Below, one piece after another: positions 36,804 to 46,767 of a stretch of 64,000 bases of DNA. The stretch is from NCBI GenBank assembly GCA_965218465.1, contig OZ244623.1, forward strand, positions 2,801,358 through 2,865,357, in the 5' to 3' direction. The number at the start of each line of letters is the position of its first letter. The first letter of the stretch is position 1. A program made the translations under genes and the position numbers. The DNA is from Acidobacteriota bacterium. Its GTDB lineage: Bacteria; Acidobacteriota; UBA6911; RPQK01; G965218465. Under the pieces are notes generated by a model that made no database searches, was not told the origin of the DNA, and was given only the letters and a program-made list of their open reading frames with translations.

Positions 36804-37832
36804 ATGTCGGAGCCCTTGACATTGATTTCACTGACTCTGGTGTCGTTGGGCGTTGCGGTCATTTTGTTCTGGCCCGAGAGCGGCTTTCTTGCTCGTTTGG
36901 GACGGGTCCGGCTGCGGAGCCAGCGCGTGCTCACTGAAGACATTCTGAAACATGCCTATAAGTGTGAGTTAGAGGGGCGTCAGGCCACCATCGAGAGCAT
37001 GGCGGGCGTGTTGCAGCAAGGCGACGCCAAAGTGGTCCAACTGTTGGAGGAGATGCGAAGTCATGAGCTGGTGCAAATCAAAGGGGAGGAATTTCACCTG
37101 ACCGGGAACGGTCGCCGCTATGCTCTCCACGTCATTCGTGCCCATCGTCTCTGGGAATCTTACTTGGCGGAACAAACCGGAGTTGGCGAAATCGAATGGC
37201 ACCGTCAGGCAGAGCGAGAAGAACATATGCTGACTCGGAGCGATTTGGATCAGATTTCCGCCCGCCTGCGGCATCCTGTTTATGATCCTCACGGTGACCC
37301 TATCCCGACCGACTCGGGCACGATGATCACGCCTCCTGGTATTCCTCTCACCGAGGCTCAGGTTGGCATACCGCTACGGATTGTCCACGTGGAAGACGAG
37401 CCCGAGGTGGTGTATTCGCAGTTGGTGGCTGAAGGACTCAAGTTGGGCATGACAGGCCGGGTCACTGAGAAGGGAAAGGACCGGTTATGTTTTGTGACGC
37501 CCGGTGAAGAGCACTTTCTGGCGCCGATCATCGCCCGCAATGTTTCGGTGGTAGCGGTTGAAGTGCGCTCGGGTCTGGGCGATCGGCTGCGACTGACCGA
37601 TCTGAAATTGGGTAAGAAGGCTACAATCCTGGGGATTTCTCAAGGCTGTCGTGGCGTTGAAAGACGTCGTTTTATGGATCTTGGGCTCCTGCCCGGGACA
37701 ACCATCGAGGCCGAACTTTCGTCTCCTGCCGGTAACCCCAGAGCCTATCGCGTCCGAGGGACTCTCCTGGCCCTGAGGGAGGCTCAAGCACAATCCATCC
37801 TGATCGAACCTTTGCAGGAGAACGGGAATTGA
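36804..37832 (+). CDS. DtxR/MntR-family metalloregulator with an N-terminal TM helix, fused to two FeoA (SH3-like) domains
   Basis: N-terminus MSEPLTLISLTLVSLGVAVILFW is hydrophobic. The DtxR core follows (..HLTGNGRRYALHVIRAHRLWESYLAEQTG....WHRQAEREEHMLT......HPVYDPHGDPIP). Two FeoA-like modules complete it (LTEAQVGIPLRIVHVED.. and LTDLKLGKKATILGISQGCRGVERRRFMDLGLLPGTTIE..). Confidence 0.85.
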   Translation: MSEPLTLISLTLVSLGVAVILFWPESGFLARLGRVRLRSQRVLTEDILKHAYKCELEGRQATIESMAGVLQQGDAKVVQLLEEMRSHELVQIKGEEFHLTGNGRRYALHVIRAHRLWESYLAEQTGVGEIEWHRQAEREEHMLTRSDLDQISARLRHPVYDPHGDPIPTDSGTMITPPGIPLTEAQVGIPLRIVHVEDEPEVVYSQLVAEGLKLGMTGRVTEKGKDRLCFVTPGEEHFLAPIIARNVSVVAVEVRSGLGDRLRLTDLKLGKKATILGISQGCRGVERRRFMDLGLLPGTTIEAELSSPAGNPRAYRVRGTLLALREAQAQSILIEPLQENGN

Positions 37833-37912
37833 ATTCCGGCAACCCCCCCGCTGCAGGCTGTGCTGTCTGTCCGGTTCACAATCTTGGGAACCTTTCCAAA
37901 CTGGGTGTTGAG

Positions 37913-38644
37913 ATGAAGGGCTGGGATTTTGTAGTGGCGCTGGCCGGTAATCCCAACACCGGCAAAAGCACCGTGTTCAACGCATTGACCGGGTTGCGTC
38001 AACACACCGGGAATTGGCCTGGAAAAACCGTTACTCGCGCCGAGGGGGGCTTTGACTACGGTGATCATCGTTTCAAGCTGGTTGACCTTCCGGGGACTTA
38101 CTCACTGCTGGCCACAAGTCTCGACGAAGAAATTGCCCGGGATTTCATTCTCTTTGGCGAGCCAGACGTTACGGTTGTTGTGCTGGACGCGACGCGTCTG
38201 GAGAGCAACCTGAACTTGGCACTTCAGATTTTGGAGATCACCGATCGAGTCGTCATCTGTGTCAACCTGATCGATCAAGCTCGGCGCCTTCGTCTCCGTA
38301 TTGATAAGAGGGCTCTGGCCCGGGATCTGGGGGTCCCCGTCGTGGCGACGGCGGCCCGCTACTCGCAAGGGTTGGACAAACTGTTGGACGCAATCAGCGC
38401 GGTCGCCACCAGCCGGTTCAGGTGCAAGCCCCACAAAATCAGAACGAGTTCCCCTTCGCTGCAAAAAGCCTTGGATGAGCTGGTGCCTCGAATTGAGGTT
38501 GCTTTTCCCGGGTTGCCCAACGCTAGATGGGTGGCCATTCAACTGTTGGATGGGGACCAGCGAATCGCCGAAGCCGTAGCCAGCGGTGAGTTGGGGGCCT
38601 TGGGCTCCCGTCGGCCGGTCGATCAGGTGGAAGTTGCCTCATGA
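37913..38644 (+). CDS. feoB: FeoB N-terminal GTPase (G-domain + helical domain) as a separate polypeptide
   Basis: [27 protein letters not shown] (G1), DLPGTYSL (G3), NLID (G4). A TTG at 37829 that overlaps the upstream stop is an alternative start. The gene ends in an ATGA overlap with the next gene. Confidence 0.85.
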   Translation: MKGWDFVVALAGNPNTGKSTVFNALTGLRQHTGNWPGKTVTRAEGGFDYGDHRFKLVDLPGTYSLLATSLDEEIARDFILFGEPDVTVVVLDATRLESNLNLALQILEITDRVVICVNLIDQARRLRLRIDKRALARDLGVPVVATAARYSQGLDKLLDAISAVATSRFRCKPHKIRTSSPSLQKALDELVPRIEVAFPGLPNARWVAIQLLDGDQRIAEAVASGELGALGSRRPVDQVEVAS

Positions 38645-40080
38645 AAGCAGAATCGAAGGCGGCCGCCCACGGTCGTGAAGTCTTGGACCTTGCAGGAGCC
38701 TTACGTTGGCAAGTGGGCGCCGATTTTCAGCAAGATTTGATGGAGAGCATCTACGGTGAGGCCGCCCGTATTGCCGGTAGGGCAGTGGAATCCGACACCA
38801 AGCCGAGCCCATTGGCATTGGATCAGAGGATCGATCGCCTGATGACCAGCAGGATTTGGGGATTCCCGCTGATGTTGCTGCTACTGACCATCGTTTTCTG
38901 GATTACCATTTCGGGCGCCAACTATCCCTCGGCGTTGCTGGCCCAGCTGCTACTGGAGGCAGGCCATCCTTTCCTCAAGAATCTGATGGCGGTTATTGCC
39001 GCGCCTTGGTGGCTCGATGGTCTGCTGATCGACGGGATGTATCTGGCGACAGCCTGGGTACTCAGCGTGATGCTTCCTCCCATGGCTATCTTCTTTCCAC
39101 TCTTCACCTTGCTCGAGGACTTTGGTTACCTGCCCCGGGTGGCCTTCAATCTCGACCGAATTTTCCGCAAGGTCGGAGGACATGGCAAACAAGCCCTGAG
39201 CATGACGATGGGCTTTGGCTGCAACGCCGCCGGGGTCATCGCCACCCGTATCATTGATAGTCCTCGGGAACGTTTGATCGCGATCATTACCAACAACTTT
39301 GCCCTCTGCAATGGCCGCTGGCCCACTCAGATTCTCATTGCCACTCTCTTTATTGGAACGCTGGTACCGGCTCATTTCGCCGGGTTGGTGTCAGCGATGA
39401 CTGTGGTCGGGGTCGCTGTCCTCGGCGTCGGACTCACCTTCGCCGTTTCCTGGTTTCTCTCACGGACCATGCTTCGAGGCGAGGTCTCCACCTTCAGTTT
39501 GGAACTGCCGGCTTATCGGCCCCCCCGTCTGCTGAGTACAATTTATACCTCTCTGATCGACAGGACGATTTACGTGCTCTGGCGCGCCATTGTGTTTGCG
39601 CTTCCCGCTGGAGCAGTGATTTGGTTGACCTCCAATATCGAGGTGTCCAACCAGAGCTTGGCCGCGCACCTGATCGATTTTCTCAATCCGCTGGGATTCT
39701 TGATTGGGCTCAACGGAGTTATCCTGCTGGCCTACATCGTGGCCATCCCGGCCAATGAGATCGTCATACCGACGATTTTGATGTTGACGGTTCTCAGCAC
39801 TGGCATGGACGTAGAGGGTTCGTCGTCGGGAGTTCTTTTTGAATTGGATTCGGATTCCGGCATCATGGGGATTTTTCGAGCGGGAGGCTGGAGCTTGCTA
39901 ACGGGGATCAATCTGATGTTGTTCAGCCTGATCCACAATCCTTGCAGCACCACTATTTATACGATTTACAAAGAGACCGGGAGTGCCAAGTGGACTGCCA
40001 TTGCCTCGCTGCTGCCCGTCGTAATGGGACTCCTGGTGGTGTTTCTGGTAGCCCAGTTCTGGGCCTTGTTGGCCTCTTGA
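38641..40080 (+). CDS. feoB: FeoB membrane (gate/permease) portion as a separate polypeptide
   Basis: 479 aa, polytopic. FeoB core motifs: ..[43 protein letters not shown].. Confidence 0.88.
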   Translation: MKAESKAAAHGREVLDLAGALRWQVGADFQQDLMESIYGEAARIAGRAVESDTKPSPLALDQRIDRLMTSRIWGFPLMLLLLTIVFWITISGANYPSALLAQLLLEAGHPFLKNLMAVIAAPWWLDGLLIDGMYLATAWVLSVMLPPMAIFFPLFTLLEDFGYLPRVAFNLDRIFRKVGGHGKQALSMTMGFGCNAAGVIATRIIDSPRERLIAIITNNFALCNGRWPTQILIATLFIGTLVPAHFAGLVSAMTVVGVAVLGVGLTFAVSWFLSRTMLRGEVSTFSLELPAYRPPRLLSTIYTSLIDRTIYVLWRAIVFALPAGAVIWLTSNIEVSNQSLAAHLIDFLNPLGFLIGLNGVILLAYIVAIPANEIVIPTILMLTVLSTGMDVEGSSSGVLFELDSDSGIMGIFRAGGWSLLTGINLMLFSLIHNPCSTTIYTIYKETGSAKWTAIASLLPVVMGLLVVFLVAQFWALLAS

Positions 40081-40171
40081 CGGGTGGCCATCCCGATTTC
40101 GACTTGGTCAAAGTTCCAGCAACTTTTTCTAGTCAAACTCATTTTAGGCAGCAGTAAAGGAACCAAGACCG

Positions 40172-41308
40172 GTGGCCTCTGGTTACGACGCAATCGTGGT
40201 GGGAGTGGGAGGCATGGGCAGTGCCACCGTTTACCAACTGGCCAAACGCGGGCTGCGGGTCTTGGGACTGGAGCGCTTCGACATTCCGCACCATTTCGGC
40301 TCTTCGCACGGCGTTAACCGAATCATTCGACTCGCCTATTCAGAGCATCCCTCCTATGTTCCGCTGCTGCGTCGGGCATTCGAACTGTGGTTGGAACTGG
40401 AACGGCAATCTGGAGAAAAGCTGCTCTACCAGATTGGCTCGATCGACGCCGACACCGAGCGGGGTCAGATTTTTGCAGGCTCGCTGGAGGCTTGTCGAAT
40501 ACATGGCATCCCTCACCAAGTGTTCACGGCGGCCGAAGTCAACAAACGATTTCCCGGCTATCGTTTGCCGGCTGGTCATGTAGCGCTTTTCCAACCCGAC
40601 GGAGGCTTTCTGCTTTCCGAACGGTGTATTGTCAGATCGGTCGAAGTCGCCTTGGGTCTGGGCGCAGAAGTGCACGCTCGTGAGGCAGTATTGGGATGGG
40701 AAGAGACTGCTTCGGGAGAGGTGAAAGTCACTACCGACCACGGGCATTACCAAGCGACCTCGCTAATTTTTACAGCCGGTGCCTGGACCGGACGGCTACT
40801 GTCAGGCTTGGTCGACTTGGCAGTCCCCGAAAGACAAGTATTGGGCTGGTTCCAGCCCCGGGACCCGGAACTCTTCTCTCCCCAAGAATTTCCGGTCTTT
40901 AGCGCCAATTTCGAAGAGGGCCACTATTATGGTCTCCCAATTTTCCAAATTCCGGGTTTTAAGATCGGTCGCGTCCATCACCTGGGCGAGCAGGTCGACC
41001 CCGACTATCCGGTAGGCCAGGTGACACGCCGTGACGAAGAGATTCTGCGCATGGCCGTGGCCCGCTATTTCCCAGAGGCCGACGGTCACTTGGCGAGTCT
41101 CAAGACCTGCCTGTTTACTAATTCTCCCGACGAGCACTTCATTCTGGACACCTTGCCTGATCATCCACAAGTTGTAGTCGCGGCAGGATTTTCAGGGCAC
41201 GGCTTCAAGTTTTGCAGCGTGGTGGGTGAGATTTTGGCGGATCTGGCCACTCGGCGAGTCAGTCGCCACGATATTTCTCTCTTCCGTCTGGATCGGTTTG
41301 AGCGTTGA
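40172..41308 (+). CDS. solA: Monomeric sarcosine oxidase / N-methyl-L-tryptophan oxidase family flavoprotein
   Basis: YDAIVVGVGGMGSATVYQLAKRG (FAD fold) ..HGVNRIIRLAY.. and ..AAGFSGHGFKFCSVVGEILADLA. GTG start. Confidence 0.85.
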   Translation: MASGYDAIVVGVGGMGSATVYQLAKRGLRVLGLERFDIPHHFGSSHGVNRIIRLAYSEHPSYVPLLRRAFELWLELERQSGEKLLYQIGSIDADTERGQIFAGSLEACRIHGIPHQVFTAAEVNKRFPGYRLPAGHVALFQPDGGFLLSERCIVRSVEVALGLGAEVHAREAVLGWEETASGEVKVTTDHGHYQATSLIFTAGAWTGRLLSGLVDLAVPERQVLGWFQPRDPELFSPQEFPVFSANFEEGHYYGLPIFQIPGFKIGRVHHLGEQVDPDYPVGQVTRRDEEILRMAVARYFPEADGHLASLKTCLFTNSPDEHFILDTLPDHPQVVVAAGFSGHGFKFCSVVGEILADLATRRVSRHDISLFRLDRFER

Positions 41309-41468
41309 TGGCGCGATTAGCTACTGCCTGCCGGGAACTGCGGCCCAATAGTGCCGGCCTCAATTAGAATTCGACACACCTTTAAGCAAGCCATCGGGGT
41401 AAGTCTGTCAGCTTTGCGAAGTCCTCGCTTAGCCCAGCCGTCAGGCCCCTTCAGGTGATCTCCCAAGC

Positions 41469-42620
41469 TTAGATCACTGTTCTCTCGGCCGCGGTTCTCA
41501 GGCCTTGGAAACGTTCATAGCGCAGGGAATCGATGTTGACGGTTGTTGCCTGGCCTTGCAAAATTTCTTCTGCCAACAACTGACCGGCGATGGGGCCATG
41601 CATGAACCCGTGGCCGCTAAATCCCGTACAAGCAAAGAGACCCTCGAAGTGAGACAACTTTCCCATGATTGGCTGGTGGTCGGGTGTGACTTCGTAGAGT
41701 CCGGCCCATTCGGCCATCAGTTGTGCGTTTTCTAACACGGGCAATCGCTCCATAGCTCGCGCCAGATGCACCAGCTTCCACTCTTCGTCGATTGAAATGT
41801 CGAATCCAGGGCTTTGATCGGGATTCGACATGCCGGTGAGGATCCCCCCGCCTTCATAATGGAAATAGAGCGCTTGGCTGAAATCGATCACAAAGGGAAA
41901 GCTCTTGTCGATCTCGGCGATTGGGGTCGTGACCGCCATCTGCCTCCGCACAGGTACCACCGGCAAGGTCAAACCGCAGCAGCGGGCCAGCTCACCCGAC
42001 CAGGGTCCGGCGGCCATGACGACACATTCGGTAGCAATCCTACCTTGAGAGGTCTGCAATGCGACGATTCGGGTTCCTTCAACTTGCAGCCCGGTAACAG
42101 TGGTGTCGGTTTCGATCCGGACTCCGAGATGCTGAGCTTGGCGCAAATAACCCTGTAGCACACTTGAAGGATCTACTAGTCCATCTTGGGCATTGAAGCT
42201 CCCTGCCAGAATGCCGTCGAGACGGACCTGTGGCGCTATCTCCGCAATTTCTGTCGGATCCAGGATCTGAGTGCTCAGACCGTAGGACTCGTGCAACGTC
42301 GCTGCCTTGGTGAAGGCTTCGAGGTCATCCGCGTTATCGATCAGGAACAGATAGCCGCAGCAGAGCAGGTCTATTTCCTGGCCCATTTCCTCAGGAAATC
42401 TCTTCAGCTTCTCGATGCTGTGACAAGAGAGTTCTATGTTGACGGGCGTCGAAAACTGGTGCCGGACTCCACCGGCATTCTGCCCGGTGGCGCCCATGCC
42501 GCAGAGTTCTTGCTTTTCCAGCACCTGGATGTTCCGGCAGCCGGCCCTGGCCAGGTGATAAGCCGTACTCGCCCCCATAATGCCCCCGCCTATGATGACC
42601 ACGTCGGCTGTTTTCTGCAT
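41469..42620 (-). CDS. FAD-dependent oxidoreductase (DAO family; sarcosine oxidase beta / glycine oxidase-like)
   Basis: ADVVIIGGGIMGASTAYHLARAG.. and ..CTGFSGHGFMHGPIAGQLLAEEI. Confidence 0.85.
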   Translation of the reverse strand: MQKTADVVIIGGGIMGASTAYHLARAGCRNIQVLEKQELCGMGATGQNAGGVRHQFSTPVNIELSCHSIEKLKRFPEEMGQEIDLLCCGYLFLIDNADDLEAFTKAATLHESYGLSTQILDPTEIAEIAPQVRLDGILAGSFNAQDGLVDPSSVLQGYLRQAQHLGVRIETDTTVTGLQVEGTRIVALQTSQGRIATECVVMAAGPWSGELARCCGLTLPVVPVRRQMAVTTPIAEIDKSFPFVIDFSQALYFHYEGGGILTGMSNPDQSPGFDISIDEEWKLVHLARAMERLPVLENAQLMAEWAGLYEVTPDHQPIMGKLSHFEGLFACTGFSGHGFMHGPIAGQLLAEEILQGQATTVNIDSLRYERFQGLRTAAERTVI

Positions 42621-42897
42621 AAGGACTACTCCAAATCAAGTGTTCGACTGGTGCCGCCTGCAAGCGATTCGATCCCAGTTGATGCCTTTCAGTTCTACAA
42701 AACGCGGTCGTTTGGATGTATCATGAGCCTGCTGCGTTCTCCAAGAATTATTATGGACAGCACTCGGTGTGACGGTCCACTAGCCACTCAGAACGGCACT
42801 TGTTCCTGCTGGTGTTCGCCCGATTCCGGGAGTGACGGCCGACTTAACTGTGAGTGGAAGCAGTAGATCGGGTTCTTGAAGGCGAGGAGGGAGTCTA

Positions 42898-45345
42898 ATG
42901 GGACTGACCTTCAGTTTGGTCGGAGCCCTATTGGTTTCGTCAGGTTTGTGGTCATCCAAAACAGCAAACTCGACGCCGATACCACTCGCCAACCCCGCAC
43001 CTTCCGTTTCCTGGACGGCCGAGTCACGTCGGGTGTTGCTGGAAGACTACTGCATGGTTTGCCATGACGATCTGATGAGATCGGGTGGCATGTCATTGGA
43101 GTCATTTGACACCGAGCACCCCGACCGAGATGCTCCCCTGACGGAGAAGATGATCCGCAAATTGCGGGCCGAACTGATGCCTCCCCCCGGGATGCCACGG
43201 CCGGAAGGTGATGCTCTGGAGCAGCTGGCAACGGTGCTTGAGCGCGGTATTGATACGGCGCCGGGGGCTGGGAATGATCCGGGAACGCGACCCTTCCAGC
43301 GCTTGAATCGAGCCGAGTACGCTCGCGTGATCCATGATTTGCTGGGGTTGGCAATCGACTCGTCAGAGTGGTTGCCACCCGATCAGATCAGCGCTGGTTT
43401 TGACAATATTGCCGACGTTCAGGCGGTCTCACCCACCTTGATGGAGGCCTATCTCAACGCCGCCGGCGAAATCGTCCGCCTCGCTGTTGGGCAAGGGAAC
43501 GCAGCCGTCTTGGCCCGGACCTACAGCAACCCACCATCGGTTTCTCAGCACGAGTGGGAAAGAGTCGAGGGCGCCCCTTACGGAACCCGCGGGGGGATCA
43601 GTGTGCTCCACACCTTTCCGGCGGATGGAGACTACACTTTTTCGATGGCTTTCATGGCGGGCTGGGGCGAGCGGTCCCACGACATCGACATCTCGATCAA
43701 CGGGCAGCGAGTTGCTTTGCTGCGCTATGGCGGCGATATCGATTTCCAGGGACGCAGGGACTTTCCGATTGAGACAGCCCCCCTTTTTGTCCGGGCCGGC
43801 CAGCATCGGGTGACGGCGGCCTTTGTTCGCAAGATGGATGGACCTTACGAAGATCTGATCCGGCCTCACGATTGGTCATTGACTGGGACCGAAACCAGCT
43901 ATGGTACCACCTCACCGCCTCATATCATGACTCTGGTCGTGAAGGGGCCCTACAATCCGGTTGGCGTATCGGAGAATGCCACTCGGCGACGGATTTTTTC
44001 TTGCCGACCGACTTCACCTGCAGAGGAAAAACCGTGCGCGAAGGCTATCTTGGCAAGGCTGGCCTCCCAAGCCTACGGAAGGAATCCGGATGCGGAGGAG
44101 CTTGAAGATCTGATCGTTTTCTATGACCAGGGCGTGGTCGACGGTGGCTTCGAAGTGGGAATCCGAACAGCTCTGGAAGCCATTTTGGCGAGCCCGCATT
44201 TTCTCTTTAGGATGGAAAGACAACCGCCTGGTGTGGAGCCGGGTCAGGTGTACCGGATCGCCGATTTGGATCTGGCCTCTCGCCTCTCATTTTTTCTCTG
44301 GGGCAGCAACCCCGACACCGAACTGCTGGAGGTGGCTCAGTTTGGAAGGCTAGGCGACCCGGTAGTGCTGGAAGCACAAGCACGGCGCTTATTGGCAGAT
44401 GCTCGGTCAAAGGCTTTAGCCACCCGTTTTGCCGCTCTCTGGCTGCGATTGCAGGATCTGCCGAAGGTACGTCCGGACTCCTTCTGGTTTCCCAACTATA
44501 GCCGGCAGCTGATGAATTCCATGCGGCGGGAAACGGAAATTTTCTTTGACCAGCTGGTTCGGCAGAACCGCAGTCTGTTGGAACTCTACAACGCTGATTA
44601 CAGTTATCTCAACGAGCGACTGGCCCGCCACTACGGAATCCCCGGTGTCGTGGGCGACGAGTTCCGGAAAGTGGGCTATCCCAACAATCATCGGCGCGGT
44701 ATTTTTGGACACGGCAGTGTGTTGGTTCAGACTTCCTTAGGGAACCGCACCTCGCCCGTGCTGCGCGGTAAATGGGTGATGGAAGTGTTGTTGGGAACCC
44801 CTCCACCGCCTCCACCACCCGGGATACCCGACCTCGAAGAGACCCAAGAAAGTCGTCAAGGCATAGCGCTGACCACACGTCAGCGCCTGGAGACGCATCG
44901 GGAAAACCCGGCCTGTGCATCCTGTCATAAACTGATCGACCCGATCGGGTTGGCTCTCGACAACTTTGGAGTGACTGGCAAGTGGAGAATTCGGGAGAAC
45001 GGGACGGCCTTGGATACGCGCAGCACTTTTTACGACGGCACCGAAATCGAGAATGCGGCTGATCTATCGCGCGTGTTGCTCCAACGCCCGATCCCTTTGG
45101 TACGGCACTTTACCCAGAACTTGATGGCTTATGCTCTAGGGAGACGTGTCGAGTATCATGACCAATCCCTGGTTAGGGCCATTTCGGCAGACGCTGCCAA
45201 GAACGAGTACCGTATGTCTTCTTTCATAATCGGAATTATCCTGAGTGATGCTTTCCGGATGAAGCGAGCCTCGTCGGTCCTTACGGCTGACCGGCTGGGA
45301 AAACAAGCTCGAGAACAACCAAGCCAGGTTGGTAGCGAGAGGTAG
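42898..45345 (+). CDS. DUF1592/DUF1588/DUF1585/DUF1587/DUF1595-type multidomain protein with an N-terminal CxxCH heme motif (planctomycete cytochrome-like)
   Basis: 815 aa with a signal peptide. LEDYCMVCHDD near the N-terminus and a second CxxCH (ACASCHKLIDPIG) near the C-terminus. The architecture is the one usually paired with DUF1552. Confidence 0.85.
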   Translation: MGLTFSLVGALLVSSGLWSSKTANSTPIPLANPAPSVSWTAESRRVLLEDYCMVCHDDLMRSGGMSLESFDTEHPDRDAPLTEKMIRKLRAELMPPPGMPRPEGDALEQLATVLERGIDTAPGAGNDPGTRPFQRLNRAEYARVIHDLLGLAIDSSEWLPPDQISAGFDNIADVQAVSPTLMEAYLNAAGEIVRLAVGQGNAAVLARTYSNPPSVSQHEWERVEGAPYGTRGGISVLHTFPADGDYTFSMAFMAGWGERSHDIDISINGQRVALLRYGGDIDFQGRRDFPIETAPLFVRAGQHRVTAAFVRKMDGPYEDLIRPHDWSLTGTETSYGTTSPPHIMTLVVKGPYNPVGVSENATRRRIFSCRPTSPAEEKPCAKAILARLASQAYGRNPDAEELEDLIVFYDQGVVDGGFEVGIRTALEAILASPHFLFRMERQPPGVEPGQVYRIADLDLASRLSFFLWGSNPDTELLEVAQFGRLGDPVVLEAQARRLLADARSKALATRFAALWLRLQDLPKVRPDSFWFPNYSRQLMNSMRRETEIFFDQLVRQNRSLLELYNADYSYLNERLARHYGIPGVVGDEFRKVGYPNNHRRGIFGHGSVLVQTSLGNRTSPVLRGKWVMEVLLGTPPPPPPPGIPDLEETQESRQGIALTTRQRLETHRENPACASCHKLIDPIGLALDNFGVTGKWRIRENGTALDTRSTFYDGTEIENAADLSRVLLQRPIPLVRHFTQNLMAYALGRRVEYHDQSLVRAISADAAKNEYRMSSFIIGIILSDAFRMKRASSVLTADRLGKQAREQPSQVGSER

Positions 45346-45352
45346 TAGCTTT

Positions 45353-46735
45353 ATGAACTTGATTATGGGTAAGAACCTGTCGCGTCGATCTTTCCTGCGA
45401 GGCTCGGGCATCACCGTGGCGCTGCCGTTGTTGGAGGCCATGATTCCGGCTCGCCAGTCGTTGGCGGCTGCGCAACAAAAAGTGCGGACGCGGCTGGTTT
45501 GTATTGAGGAAGTCCACGGAACTGCTGGTTGCAATGAGTGGGGCACTACCCAACACCTGTTTGCACCGGCAACGACGGGGCGGAAATTTGAGTTGGTTCC
45601 CGACAATGTGCTCAAGCCACTGGAACCATGGCGTGAGTATCTCACGATCATCAGCAATACCGATGTACGGATGGCCGAGGCTTTCGAGCCTGAGGAAATC
45701 GGCGGTGATCACTTCCGCTCCAGCGCAGTTTTTCTGACCCAGTCGCATCCCAAGCAAACCCAGGGCTCAGACATCCACTGTGGCATTTCGCTCGATCAAC
45801 TCCATGCCCAGCGTTTTGGTCACGACACGGCTATGCCTTCCTTGCAGCTTTGCATCGAAAGTACCGACACGGGGGGCGGCTGCGACTATAACTATTCCTG
45901 CTCCTATTCCGACTCCATAAGCTGGTCATCTCCGAACACTCCCTTGCCGATGATCCGTAATCCCCGGACCGCTTTCGACCTCCTCTTCGGGGCCGGTGGA
46001 ACCCACCAGGAACGGGCAGACCGGCGTCGAACTCGCCGCAGCATCCTGGACTGGGTGGCGACCGAAGTCACTGCGTTGAAGAGAGATCTGGGAGCGGTCG
46101 ATCGGCAGCGACTCGATCGCTATCTCGAAAATGTTCGTGAAATCGAACGCCGTATCCAAAGGGTCGAGGAGCGCAACGCCAGCGGAGCATCGCGCGAGTT
46201 GCCTGGAATGCCTCCCGGGGTTCCGGATTCCTTCTCAGAGCACATGAAACTGATGTTTGATCTCCAAGTGTTGGCCTTCCAAACCGACATGACACGAGTC
46301 ATCGCGTTCAAGACCGGACGTGACGCTTCTAACCGGACCTTCCCCGAAAGCGGGTCGAATCGAGCCTTCCATCCAGCGTCTCACCATGGAGCCAAAGAAG
46401 AAGGTATTTTGGAGTTCAACAAAATCTGCAGGTATCGGGCGAGCCAACTAGCTTACTTTCTCGAGCGATTGCAGCAGACCATTGACGGTGAATCGAGCTT
46501 GTTGGACCAGTCGCTGATTATTTGGGGTTCCCCGATGGGCGACGCCAACCTTCACAATCACCGGCGTTGCCCTCTGGTATTGCTGGGAGGGGCCAATGGT
46601 CAACTCACAGGTAACCGACACATCAAGGCACCTGATGGGACACCGATGGCCAACGTCTTCACCGCGCTGCTTCACAAGCTTGGTCACGACGAGCTGGCGA
46701 GTTTCGGGGATAGCAGCGGGGAATTGGCTGTCTAA
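45353..46735 (+). CDS. DUF1552 domain protein with a Tat-type signal
   Basis: MNLIMGKNLSRRSFLRGSGITVALPLLEAM.. has a twin-arginine motif. ATG at 45353 follows the RBS GAGAGG. The track start at 45329 overlaps the upstream gene. Confidence 0.85.
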   Translation: MNLIMGKNLSRRSFLRGSGITVALPLLEAMIPARQSLAAAQQKVRTRLVCIEEVHGTAGCNEWGTTQHLFAPATTGRKFELVPDNVLKPLEPWREYLTIISNTDVRMAEAFEPEEIGGDHFRSSAVFLTQSHPKQTQGSDIHCGISLDQLHAQRFGHDTAMPSLQLCIESTDTGGGCDYNYSCSYSDSISWSSPNTPLPMIRNPRTAFDLLFGAGGTHQERADRRRTRRSILDWVATEVTALKRDLGAVDRQRLDRYLENVREIERRIQRVEERNASGASRELPGMPPGVPDSFSEHMKLMFDLQVLAFQTDMTRVIAFKTGRDASNRTFPESGSNRAFHPASHHGAKEEGILEFNKICRYRASQLAYFLERLQQTIDGESSLLDQSLIIWGSPMGDANLHNHRRCPLVLLGGANGQLTGNRHIKAPDGTPMANVFTALLHKLGHDELASFGDSSGELAV

Positions 46736-46767
46736 GAAAGCCTCAACGTCTCTAAAGGTCTAGCAAG

